This document shows, piece by piece, positions 36,701 through 50,100 of a stretch of 64,000 nt of DNA (position 1 is the first letter of the stretch; every line of letters starts with the position of its first letter). Under the pieces are notes generated by a model. It worked only from the letters and a program-made list of their open reading frames with translations, made no database searches and was not told the DNA's origin. The stretch lies in contig JASTWF010000033.1 in the NCBI GenBank assembly GCA_030390025.1, forward strand, positions 4,962,001-5,026,000, given 5' to 3'. Origin of the DNA: Squalus acanthias (lineage: Eukaryota). The translations under genes were made by a program, and so were the position numbers.

Positions 36701-38862
36701 CAGACCCTCAAACTAATACAGACCCTCAAACTAATACAGCCCCTCAAACTCATACAGCCCCTCAAACTAATACAGACCCTCAAACTAATACAGCCCCTCA
36801 AACTAATACAGTACATCAAACTAATACAGCCCCTCAAACTAATACAGACCGTCAAACTAATAGAAAACCTCAAACTAATACAGCTGCTCAAACTAATACA
36901 GCCCCTCAAACTAATATAGCTCCTCAAACTAATACAGCCCCTCAAACCAATACATCCCCTCAAGCTAATATAGCTCCTCAAACTAATACAGACCCTCAAA
37001 CTAATACAGTAGCTCAAACTAATACCCCCCTCAAACTAATACAGCTCCTCAAACTAATACAGACCCTCAAACTAATACAGTAGCTCAAACTAATACAGCC
37101 CCTCAAACTAATACAGCTCCTCAAACTAATACAGTAGCTCAAACTAATACAGCCCCTCAAACTGATACAGACCCTCAAACTAATACATCCCCTCAAACTA
37201 ATACAGTCCCTCAAACTAATACAGACCGTAAAACTAATGCAGACCCTCAAACTAATACAGACCCTCAAACTAATACAGACCCTCAAACTAATACAGCCCC
37301 TCAAACTAATACAGTCCCTCAAACTAATACAGACCCTCAAACTAATACAGCCCCTCAAACTAATACAGTAAAAAGGTTTGTAGGCAGAAGGCTGGAAATT
37401 ATGGACCAGTTAGCCTAACATCTGTTGTGGGATAAATTTTGGAGTCTATTATTAAGGAGACAGTAACGGAACATTTAGATAAAGTTAGTATGCAGGTGCA
37501 GCAGGTGATCAAGAAAGCCAATGGAATGTTGGCTTTTATTGCTAGGGGGATAGAATATAAAAACAGGGAGGTATTGCTGCAGTTGTATTGGGTATTGGTG
37601 AGACCGCACCTGGAGTACTGCATACAGTTTTGGTGTCCATACTTAAGAAAAGACATACTTGCTTTCGAGGCAGTACAAATAAGGTTCACTCGGTTAATTC
37701 CGGGGATGAGGGGGTGGACATACGAGAAGAGGTTGAGTAGATTGCGACTCTACTCATTGGAGTTCAGAAGAATGAGAGGCGATCTTATTGAAACATATAA
37801 GATTGTGAAGGGGCTTGTTCGGGTGGACGCGGTGAGGATGTTCCCAATGATGGGTGAAACTAGAACTAGTGGTCATAATCTTAGAATAAGGGGCTCCTCT
37901 TTCAAAACTGAGATGAGGAGAAACTTTTTCACTCAGAGGGTAGTGGGTCTGTGGAATTTGCTACCCCTGGAAGCTGTGGAAGCTACTTCATTAAATAAAA
38001 TTAAAACAGAAATAGACCGTTTCCTAGAAGTAAAGGGAATTAGGGGTTACGGGGAGCGGGCTGGAAATTGGACATGAGTTTGTGTTCGGATCAGTTAAGG
38101 CCCTGTGGGTGGCGGAGCGGGCCCAGGGGCCGAGTGGCCTGGTCCTGCTCCTGCTTCTTATGTTCTTTAGAGTTGAGGTTGGATCAGATCAGCCATGATC
38201 TAATTGAATGGCGGAGCAGGTCGAGGGGCCGATTGGTCTACTCCTGCTCCTTTTTCTTATGTTCTTATGTTCTTATGTACCTCAAACTAATACAGTACCT
38301 CAAACTAATATGGTACCTCAAACTAATACAGACCCTCAAACTAATACAGCCCCTCAAACTAATACAGCCCCTCAAACTAATACAGCCCCTCAAACTAATA
38401 CAGACACTCAAACTAATACAGCTCCTCAAACTAATACAGACCCTCAAACTAATACAGACACTCAAACTAATAGAGAACCTCAAACTAATACAGACGCTCA
38501 AACTAATAGAGAACCTCAAACTAATACAGCCCTTCAAACTAATACAGACCCTCAAACTAATACAGCCCCTCAAATTAATACAGCTCCTCAAACTAATACA
38601 GTACCTCAATCTAATAAAGCCCCTCAAACTAATAGAGCCCCTCAAACGAATACAGTACCTCAAACTAATACAGCCCCTCAAACTAATACAGCCCCTCAAA
38701 CTAATACAGCCCCTCAAACTAATACAGCCCCTCAAACTAATACAGTACCTCAAACTAATACAGCCCCTCAAACTAATACAGCCCCTCAAACTAATACAGC
38801 CCCTCAAACTAATACAGCCCCTCAAACTAATACAGCCCCTCAAACTAATACAGTTCCTCTAA
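33790..38862 (+). repeat. 18-bp satellite split by a CR1 insertion
   Basis: Unit CCTCAAACTAATACAG(CC/AC/TA/CT); arrays at 33790-37370 and 38277-38862. Confidence 0.97.
37371..38277 (+). mobile_element. Internally deleted CR1-type LINE inserted in the satellite
   Basis: ORF 37439-38077 joins TEHLDK directly to VSMQVQQ; TTCTTATG tail. Confidence 0.92.
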
Positions 38863-39119
38863 CTAGTAGACAGACCCACCCACCATCTTTCTGGTCCAAA
38901 GTCCTGTAAACTCCTGTTCCCACAAAGTCACAGTGCATGGGATATCACTTGCCAGACACCATGAAGTCATAGAAACATAGAAACATAGAAACTAGGACTT
39001 ATAAGGCGAACAACAACTCATTGTACAGATTATTTGAACAGTTTAACAATGCGAATTCTAAATATAAATTGAAAAGTCTTGTGTTTATTTCTGTTAAGTT
39101 AGTAATGGTCTATTAAATA

Positions 39120-40335
39120 AAGGCATGGCAGGCACCTCATTCCCGTGGTATACACATCTTGTGCCATGTGGGAACTCCAGTCCACTTCCTGTGTCCTGGA
39201 CAATCACATGTGCAGGAAGTGTCGTCAGCTGGACGAGCTCGAACTCCGGGTTTAGGAGCTTGAACAGCAACTGGCGTCACTGCGGTGCATCCGTGAGGCT
39301 GAGAGCTGCGTGGATAGCACGTTTCAGGAGATGGTCACCCCGCAACCTAAGAGTGTGCAGGCAGAGAGGGAATGGGTGACCGCCAGACAGACAAGGTGGA
39401 CCGGGCAGGTAGTGCAGGAGTCTCCTGAGTGCATCTCACTCTCTAACTGGTATTCATGGCGAGTATTTCCAGAGCCAAGTCCAGAGCACCACGGGTGGAT
39501 CAGCTCTACAGTGGGGGGTGGGGCGGGGGAGGAGAAAGATCAGGACAGCAATAGTGATCGGGGATTCAATAGTTAGGGGAATAGTCAATCGTTTCTGCGG
39601 CCGCAGACGTTACTCCAGGAGGATATGTTTCCTCCCTGGTGCCAGGGTCAAGGATTGAAGAACATTCTGAGGGGGGAGGTTGAGCAGCCAGAGGTCGTGG
39701 TCCATATCGGTACCAATGACATATGTAGAAAGTGGGATGAGGACCTGCAGGCAGATTTTAGGGAGCTGGGAAAGAGATTAAAATCAGGACCTCAAAGGTA
39801 GTAATGTTCGGATTACTCCCGGTGCCTGTGCTGTGAGTATAGAAGTAGGAGGATAGAGTCAGATGAATGAGTGGCTGGAGAGATGGTGCATTAGGGAGTG
39901 CTTTAGATTCCTGGGACATTGGGACGGGTTCTCGGGGATGTTGGGCCTGTACAGGCCGGAAAGTTTGCACCTCAACAGGGCCGAAACCAATGGCCTCGAC
40001 GGGGAGGGGGCTGGGTTGCTCGTAGTGTTGGGGAGGTTTTAAACTAATTTGTCAGTGGGTGGGCACCAGGCTGTAGCAGTAGAAAGGAGAATCAAGGTGC
40101 ACAAAGGATTGGCAGAGACGGATAGCACAAGAGTAATAAAGAATAAGGCCCTATGTGGGGTCAGACTAAGAGAATACAAGACAGGTTTACAGTGCATGTG
40201 GGTAAATGCATGAAGTGTGGTTAATAAGGTTGGTGAGCTGCAGGCACAAGTAGCCACATGGCAATATGTTGTCGTGATGATAATGGAGACATGCTCAAAA
40301 AGGAAAGGATTGGGTACCAAATATTCCTGGGGAGA
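39120..40335 (+). mobile_element. Degraded CR1 5' part (ORF1 and start of the APE domain)
   Basis: CRKCRQLDELELRV, GDSIVRG, PEVVVHIGTND, NA.SVVNKVGELQAQ. Confidence 0.85.
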
Positions 40336-40337
40336 AG

Positions 40338-41130
40338 GTCATAGTCATAGTCACAGAGTCATAGATTTATACAGCACAGAAAGAGGCCCTTTGGCCCATC
40401 GTGTCTGCGCCGGCCATCAAGCCCCATCTATTCTAATTCCATTTTCCAGTACTTGGTCCGTAGCCTTGTATGCTAAGGCGTTTCGAGTGCTCATCTAAAT
40501 GCTTCTTGAATGTTGTGAGGGTTCCTGCCTCTACCACCCTTTTAGGCAGTGAGTTCCAGATTCCAACCACCCTCTGGGTGAAAAAGTTTTTCCTCAAATC
40601 CCCTCTAAACCTTCTGCCCCTTACATTGAAACTGTGCCCCCTGGTTATTGACCCCTCTACTAAGGGGAAAAGTTATTTTCTATCTACCGTATCAATGTCC
40701 CTCGTAATTTTGTACACCTCAATCAGGTTCCCCCCTCAGCCTTCTCTGCTCTGAGGAAAACAACCCCAGCCTGTTCAGTTTCTCCTCATAGCTGAAGCGC
40801 TCCAGCCCAGGTAACATCCTGGTGAATCTCCTCTGCACCCTTTCAAATGCAATCACATCCTTCCTATAGTGTGGCGACCAGAACTGCACACAGTATTCCA
40901 GCTGTGGCCTAACTAGCATTTTGTTCAGCTCCGTTGTAAACTCCCTGCACTTATATGCTATGCCTCGGCGAATGAAGGCAAGTATCCCATATGCCTTTTT
41001 AACCACCTTATCTACCTCTCCTGCTGCCTTCAGGGATCTATGTACATGCACACCAAGGTTCCTCTGAACCTCCCTCCTTCCTAGGGTCCTACAATTCATT
41101 GTATATTCCCTTCCCATGTTAATCTTCCCT
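40338..41130 (-). mobile_element. CR1-type LINE 3' fragment
   Basis: ORF 41117-40719 is the RT C-terminus; GTCATA tail repeats. Confidence 0.9.
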
Positions 41131-41132
41131 AA

Positions 41133-44100
41133 ATGCTCATTTCAAAAACACAGACAACTCATTTCACAAACTCAGAAATTCATTTCAGAGACCTAGACAG
41201 CTCCATTCACAGACCCAGGCAGATCCATTCACAGACTCAGACAGCTCCAATCACAGAAACAGACAGCAACATTCACAGACATGGAAAGCTGATTTCAAAA
41301 ACCCAGACAGCTCATTTCAAAAACACAGAAAGTTCATTTCACAGATCCAGACGTCTCCATTCACAGACACAGACAACTCATTTCAGAGACTCAGTCAGCT
41401 AAATACACAGACCCAGATAGCTAAATTCACAGACCCAGACATCTCCATTCACAGATCCAGACAGCTGCATTCACAGACCCAGACAGCTCCATTCACAGAC
41501 TCAGAAAGCTCATTTCACAAACCCAGAAAGTTCATTTCACAGAGAAAGACAACTCATTCCACAGATTCCGGCAGCTCCATTCACAGACCCTGACAGATCC
41601 ATTCACAGACCCAGACAATTCACTTCACAGACCCAGAAAGCTCCATTCACAGTCACAGACAGCGACATTCACAGGCCCAGGCAGCTTCATTCACAGACCC
41701 AAACAGTTCCATTCACAGACCCAGACTGCTCCATTCACAGACACAGACAGCTCCATTCACAGACCCAGAAAACTCCATTCACAGACTTAGACATCTCCAT
41801 TCACAGACCCAGAGAGCTCCATTCACAGACCCAGGCAGCACCTTTCACAGACCCAGGCAGCTCCATTCACAGACTCAGACAGCTGCATTCACAGACTCAG
41901 ACAGCTCCATTCACAGACCCAGGCAGCTCCTTTCACAGACTCAGGCAGCTCCATTCACAGACTCAGACGGCTGACTTCAAAGACTTAGAAAGCTGATGAC
42001 ACAGACCCAGACAGCTCCATTCACAGACTCAGACAGCTCCATTCACAGACCCAGACAGCTCCATTCACAGACTCAGACAGCTCCATTCACAGACCCAGAC
42101 AACTCCATTCTCAGACCCAGACAGCTCATTTCACAGACACAGACAGCTCCATTCACCGACCCAGACTGTTCCATTCACAGACCCAGACAGCTCTATTGAA
42201 AGACCCAGACAGTTCTATTCACAGACCCAGATAGATCATTTCACAGACCAAGACATCGCCATTCACAGACCAAGACAGATCGTTTCACAGACTCAGAAAG
42301 CTCATTTGACTGTCCCAGACAAGTCCATCCACAGACCCAGACAGCTCACTTCACAGACCTAGACAGCTCCATTCACAGATCCAGACAGCTCCATTCACAG
42401 ACCCAGACAGTCCAAAGATGTGCGGGTTAGCTTGATTTGGCTATGATAAATTGACCCTTAGTGTTAGGGGGATTAAATACGTGAGGTTACGGGGATAGGG
42501 TGGGATATGTGTCGTTGCAGGCTCGATGGGCCGAAATGGCCACTATCTGCATTTGGGGGTTCTGTGATTCAGTGCTTTCACAGACCCAGACAGCTCCATT
42601 CACAGACATGGAAAGTTAATTTCAAAAACCAAGACAGCTCATTTCACAAACACAGAAAGTTCATTTCACATGCCCAGACATTTCCCTTCACAGACCCAGA
42701 CTACTCATTTCACAGACCCAGACAGCTCCAGTGACAGACCCAGACAGCTTATTTCACAGATTCAGACAGCTCAATTCACAGACACAGACATCTCCATTCA
42801 CATACCGACACAGCTCCATTCACAGACTCAGACAGCTCAATGCACAGACCCAGACATCTCCATTCACAGACCTAGACAACGCATTTCACAGACGCCGAAA
42901 GCTCCATTCACAGACCCATGCAGCTCCATTCACAGACCCAGACAACTCATTGCACAGACTCAGTCAGCACAATTCACAGACCCTGACATAACAATTCACA
43001 GAGGCACACAGCTCCATTCACAGACTCAGACAGCTCCATTCACAGACCCAGACAGCTCCATTCACAGACGCAGAAAGCTCCATTCACAGACTCAGACAGC
43101 ACAATTAACAGACTCAGACAACTCCATTCACAGAAACAGACAGCAACATTCACAGACATGGAAAGCTGATTTGAACAGATTCAGACAATTCATTTGACAG
43201 ACCCAGATCTCCATTCAAAGACTCAGAAAGCTCATTTCAGACACTCAGACAGCTCCATTCAAAGATCCAGACGGCTGACTTCAAAGACTCTGAAAGCTCA
43301 AGTTACAGACCCAGACAGCTGCATTAACAACGTCAGACAGCTCTATTCACAGACCCAGACAACTCCATTTTCAGACCCAGATGGCACATTTCACAGACCC
43401 AGACAGCTCATTCACAGACACAGACAGTTCCATTCACAGATCCAGACAGCTCCATTTACAGACTCAGACAGCTCCATTCACAGACCCATACAGCTCCATT
43501 CACAGACCCAGACAGCTCCATTCACAGACCCAGACAGCTCAATTCACAGAACTAGACAGCTCATTCACAGACTCAGAGAGCTCCATTCACAGACCCAAAC
43601 AGCACCATTCAGAGACCCAGACAGCTCCATTCACAGATCCAGACAGCTCCATTCACAGACTCAGACAGCTCAATTCACAGACCCAGACATCTCCATTAAC
43701 AGACCCAGACAGCTGCATTCACAGACTCAGACAGCTCAATTCACAGACCCAGACATCTCCATTAACAGACCCAGACAGCTGCATTCACAAACTCAGAAAG
43801 TTCATTTCACAGACCTAGACATCTCCATTCACAAAGAAAGACAACTCATTCCACAGATTCCGACAGCTCCATTCACAGACCCTGACAGATCCATTCACAG
43901 ACCCAGACAATTCACTTCACAGACCCAGAAAGCTCCATTCACAGTCACAGACAGCGACATTCACAGGCCCAGGCAGCTTCATTCACAGACCCAAACAGTT
44001 CCATTCACAGACCCAGACTGCTCCATTCACAGACACAGACAGCTCCATTCACAGACCCAGAAAACTCCATTCACAGACTTAGACATCTCCATTCACAGAC

Positions 44101-47100
44101 CCAGAGAGCTCCATTCACAGACCCAGGCAGCACCTTTCACAGACCCAGGCAGCTCCATTCACAGACTCAGACAGCTGCATTCACAGACTCAGACAGCTCC
44201 ATTCACTGACCCAGAGAGCTCCATTCACAGACCCAGGCAGCTCCTTTCACAGACTCAGGCAGCTCCATTCACAGACTCAGACGGCTGACTTCAAAGACTT
44301 AGAAAGCTGATGACACAGACCCAGACAGCTCCATTCACAGACTCAGACAGCTCCATTCACAGACCCAGACAGCTCCATTCACAGACTCAGACAGCTCCAT
44401 TCACAGACCCAGACAACTCCATTCTCAGACCCAGACAGCTCATTTCACAGACACAGACAGCTCCATTCACCGACCCAGACTGTTCCATTCACAGACCCAG
44501 ACAGCTCTATTGAAAGACCCAGACAGTTCTATTCACAGACCCAGATAGATCATTTCACAGACCAAGACATCGCCATTCACAGACCAAGACAGATCGTTTC
44601 ACAGACTCAGAAAGCTCATTTGACTGTCCCAGACAAGTCCATCCACAGACCCAGACAGCTCACTTCAAAGACCTAGACAGCTCCATTCACAGATCCAGAC
44701 AGCTCCATTCACAGACCCAGACAGTCCAAAGATGTGCGGGTTAGCTTGATTTGGCTATGATAAATTGACCCTTAGTGTTAGGGGGATTAAATACGTGAGG
44801 TTACGGGGATAGGGTGGGATATGTGTCGTTGCAGGCTCGATGGGCCGAAATGGCCACTATCTGCATTTGGGGGTTCTGTGATTCAGTGCTTTCACAGACC
44901 CAGACAGCTCCATTCACAGACATGGAAAGTTAATTTCAAAAACCAAGACAGCTCATTTCACAAACACAGAAAGTTCATTTCACATACCCAGACATTTCCC
45001 TTCACAGACCCAGAAAACTCCATTCACAGACTTAGACATCTCCATTCACAGACCCAGACAGCTTATTTCACAGACCCAGACAGCTCCATTCACAGACCCA
45101 GACAGCTCAATTCACAGAACTAGACAGCTCATTCACAGACTCAGAGAGCTCCATTCACAGACCCAAACAGCACCATTCAGAGACCCAGACAGCTCCATTC
45201 ACAGATCCAGACAGCTCCATTCACAGAACCAGACAGCTCCATTCACAGAACCAGACAGCTGCATTCACAGACACAGACAGCTCCATTCACAGACCCAGAC
45301 AGCTCCATTTACAGACTCAGACAGCTCCATTCACAGACCCAGACTGCTCCAATCACAGACCCAGACAGCTCCATTCACAGACCCAGACAGCTCATTCGCC
45401 GACACAGATAGCTCCATTCACAGACCCAAACAGCACCATTCACAGACTCAGACAGCTCCATTCACAGACCCAGAAAGCTCATTCACAGACTCAGACAGCT
45501 CCATTTACAGAAACAGACAGCAACATTCACAGACATGGAAAGCTGATTTGAACAGATTCAGACAATTCATTTGACAGACCCAGACATCTACATTCAGAGA
45601 CCCAGAAAGCTCATTTCAGACACTCAGACAGCTCCATTCAAAGATCCAGACAGCTGACTTCAAAGACTCTGAAAGCTCAGGTCACAGACCCAGACAGCTC
45701 CATTAACAACGTCAGACAGCTCTATTCACAGACCCAGACAGCTCCATTTTCAGACCCAGACTGCACATTTCACAGACCCAGACAGCTCATTCACAGACAC
45801 AGACAGTTCCATTCACAGATCCAGACAGCTCCATTTACAGACTCAGACAGCTCCATTCACAGATCCAGACAGCTCCATTCAAAGAACCAGGCAGCTCCAT
45901 TCACAGAACCAGACAGCTCCATTCACAGATCCAGACAGCTCCATTCACAGACCCAGACAGCTCCATTCACAGACTCAACAGCTCCATTCACAGACCCAGA
46001 CAGCTCCATTCACAGACTCAGACAGCTCATTTCACAAACCCAGAAAGTTCATTTCACAGACCTAGACATCTCCATTCACAGAGAAAGACAACTCATTCCA
46101 CAGATTCCGGCAGCTCCATTCACAGACCCTGACAGATCCATTCACAGACCCAGACAATTCACTTCACAGACCCAGAAAGCTCCATTCACAGTCACAGACA
46201 GCGACATTCACAGGCCCAGGCAGCTTCATTCACAGACCCAAACAGTTCCATTCACAGACCCAGACTGCTCCATTCACAGACACAGACAGCTCCATTCACA
46301 GACCCAGAAAACTCCATTCACTGACTTAGACATCTCCATTCACAGACCCAGAGAGCTCCATTCACAGACCCAGGCAGCACCTTTCACAGACCCAGGCAGC
46401 TCCATTCACAGACTCAGACAGCTGCATTCACAGACTCAGACAGCTCCATTCACAGACCCAGGCAGCTCCTTTCACAGACTCAGGCAGCTCCATTCACAGA
46501 CTCAGACGGCTGACTTCAAAGACTTAGAAAGCTGATGACACAGACCCAGACAGCTCCATTCACAGACTCAGACAGCTCCATTCACAGACCCAGACAGCTC
46601 CATTCACAGACTCAGACAGCTCCATTCACAGACCCAGACAACTCCATTCTCAGACCCAGACAGCTCATTTCACAGACACAGACAGCTCCATTCACCGACC
46701 CAGACTGTTCCATTCACAGACCCAGACAGCTCTATTGAAAGACCCAGACAGTTCTATTCACAGACCCAGATAGATCATTTCACAGACCAAGACATCGCCA
46801 TTCACAGACCAAGACAGATCGTTTCACAGACTCAGAAAGCTCATTTGACTGTCCCAGACAAGTCCATCCACAGACCCAGACAGCTCACTTCACAGACCTA
46901 GACAGCTCCATTCACAGATCCAGACAGCTCCATTCACAGACCCAGACAGTCCAAAGATGTGCGGGTTAGCTTGATTTGGCTATGATAAATTGACCCTTAG
47001 TGTTAGGGGGATTAAATACGTGAGGTTACGGGGATAGGGTGGGATATGTGTCGTTGCAGGCTCGATGGGCCGAAATGGCCACTATCTGCATTTGGGGGTT

Positions 47101-50100
47101 CTGTGATTCAGTGCTTTCACAGACCCAGACAGCTCCATTCACAGACATGGAAAGTTAATTTCAAAAACCAAGACAGCTCATTTCACAAACACAGAAAGTT
47201 CATTTCACATGCCCAGACATTTCCCTTCACAGACCCAGACTACTCATTTCACAGACCCAGACAGCTCCAGTGACAGACCCAGACAGCTTATTTCACAGAT
47301 TCAGACAGCTCAATTCACAGACACAGACATCTCCATTCACATACCGACACAGCTCCATTCACAGACTCAGACAGCTCAATGCACAGACCCAGACATCTCC
47401 ATTCACAGACCTAGACAACGCATTTCACAGACGCCGAAAGCTCCATTCACAGACCCATGCAGCTCCATTCACAGACCCAGACAACTCATTGCACAGACTC
47501 AGTCAGCACAATTCACAGACCCTGACATAACAATTCACAGAGGCACACAGCTCCATTCACAGACTCAGACAGCTCCATTCACAGACCCAGACAGCTCCAT
47601 TCACAGACGCAGAAAGCTCCATTCACAGACTCAGACAGCACAATTAACAGACTCAGACAACTCCATTCACAGAAACAGACAGCAACATTCACAGACATGG
47701 AAAGCTGATTTGAACAGATTCAGACAATTCATTTGACAGACCCAGATCTCCATTCAATGACTCAGAAAGCTCATTTCACGAACAGATTCAGACAATTCAA
47801 TTGACAGACCCAGATCTCCATTCAAAGACTCAGAAAGCTCATTTCAGACACTCAGACAGCTCCATTCAAAGATCCAGACGGCTGACTTCAAAGACTCTGA
47901 AAGCTCAAGTTACAGACCCAGACAGCTGCATTAACAACGTCAGACAGCTCTATTCACAGACCCAGACAACTCCATTTTCAGACCCAGATGGCACATTTCA
48001 CAGACCCAGACAGCTCATTCACAGACACAGACAGTTCCATTCACAGATCCAGACAGCTCCATTTACAGACTCAGACAGCTCCATTCACAGACCCATACAG
48101 CTCCATTCACAGACCCAGACAGCTCCATTCACAGACCCAGACAGCTCAATTCACAGAACTAGACAGCTCATTCACAGACTCAGAGAGCTCCATTCACAGA
48201 CCCAAACAGCACCATTCAGAGACCCAGACAGCTCCATTCACAGATCCAGACAGCTCCATTCACAGACTCAGACAGCTCAATTCACAGACCCAGACATCTC
48301 CATTAACAGACCCAGACAGCTGCATTCACAGACTCAGACAGCTCAATTCACAGACCCAGACATCTCCATTAACAGACCCAGACAGCTGCATTCACAGACT
48401 CAGAAAGTTCATTTGACAGACCTAGACATCTCCATTCACAAAGAAAGACAACTCATTCCACAGATTCCGACAGCTCCATTCACAGACCCTGACAGATCCA
48501 TTCACAGACCCAGACAATTCACTTCACAGACCCAGAAAGCTCCATTCACAGTCACAGACAGCGACATTCACAGGCCCAGGCAGCTTCATTCACAGACCCA
48601 AACAGTTCCATTCACAGACCCAGACTGCTCCATTCACAGACACAGACAGCTCCATTCACAGACCCAGAAAACTCCATTCACAGACTTAGACATCTCCATT
48701 CACAGACCCAGAGAGCTCCATTCACAGACCCAGGCAGCACCTTTCACAGACCCAGGCAGCTCCATTCACAGACTCAGACAGCTGCATTCACAGACTCAGA
48801 CAGCTCCATTCACTGACCCAGAGAGCTCCATTCACAGACCCAGGCAGCTCCTTTCACAGACTCAGGCAGCTCCATTCACAGACTCAGACGGCTGACTTCA
48901 AAGACTTAGAAAGCTGATGACACAGACCCAGACAGCTCCATTCACAGACTCAGACAGCTCCATTCACAGACCCAGACAGCTCCATTCACAGACTCAGACA
49001 GCTCCATTCACAGACCCAGACAACTCCATTCTCAGACCCAGACAGCTCATTTCACAGACACAGACAGCTCCATTCACCGACCCAGACTGTTCCATTCACA
49101 GACCCAGACAGCTCTATTGAAAGACCCAGACAGTTCTATTCACAGACCCAGATAGATCATTTCACAGACCAAGACATCGCCATTCACAGACCAAGACAGA
49201 TCGTTTCACAGACTCAGAAAGCTCATTTGACTGTCCCAGACAAGTCCATCCACAGACCCAGACAGCTCACTTCACAGACCTAGACAGCTCCATTCACAGA
49301 TCCAGACAGCTCCATTCACAGACCCAGACAGTCCAAAGATGTGCGGGTTAGCTTGATTTGGCTATGATAAATTGACCCTTAGTGTTAGGGGGATTAAATA
49401 CGTGAGGTTACGGGGATAGGGTGGGATATGTGTCGTTGCAGGCTCGATGGGCCGAAATGGCCACTATCTGCATTTGGGGGTTCTGTGATTCAGTGCTTTC
49501 ACAGACCCAGACAGCTCCATTCACAGACATGGAAAGTTAATTTCAAAAACCAAGACAGCTCATTTCACAAACACAGAAAGTTCATTTCACATACCCAGAC
49601 ATTTCCCTTCACAGACCCAGAAAACTCCATTCACAGACTTAGACATCTCCATTCACAGACCCAGACAGCTTATTTCACAGACCCAGACAGCTCCATTCAC
49701 AGACCCAGACAGCTCAATTCACAGAACTAGACAGCTCATTCACAGACTCAGAGAGCTCCATTCACAGACCCAAACAGCACCATTCAGAGACCCAGACAGC
49801 TCCATTCACAGATCCAGACAGCTCCATTCACAGAACCAGACAGCTCCATTCACAGAACCAGACAGCTCCATTCACAGACACAGACAGCTCCATTCACAGA
49901 CCCAGACAGCTCCATTTACAGACTCAGACAGCTCCATTCACAGACCCAGACTGCTCCAATCACAGACCCAGACAGCTCCATTCACAGACCCAGACAGCTC
50001 ATTCGCCGACACAGATAGCTCCATTCACAGACCCAAACAGCACCATTCACAGACTCAGACAGCTCCATTCACAGACCCAGAAAGCTCATTCACAGACTCA

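Noticed and set aside
34108..37358. Long mucin-like (PQTNTA)n, (LKLIQP)n and (CISLRG)n ORFs up to 818 aa
   Set aside because: They are translations of an 18-bp satellite that is open in several frames on both strands. There is no signal peptide or unique domain, and a LINE interrupts the array.
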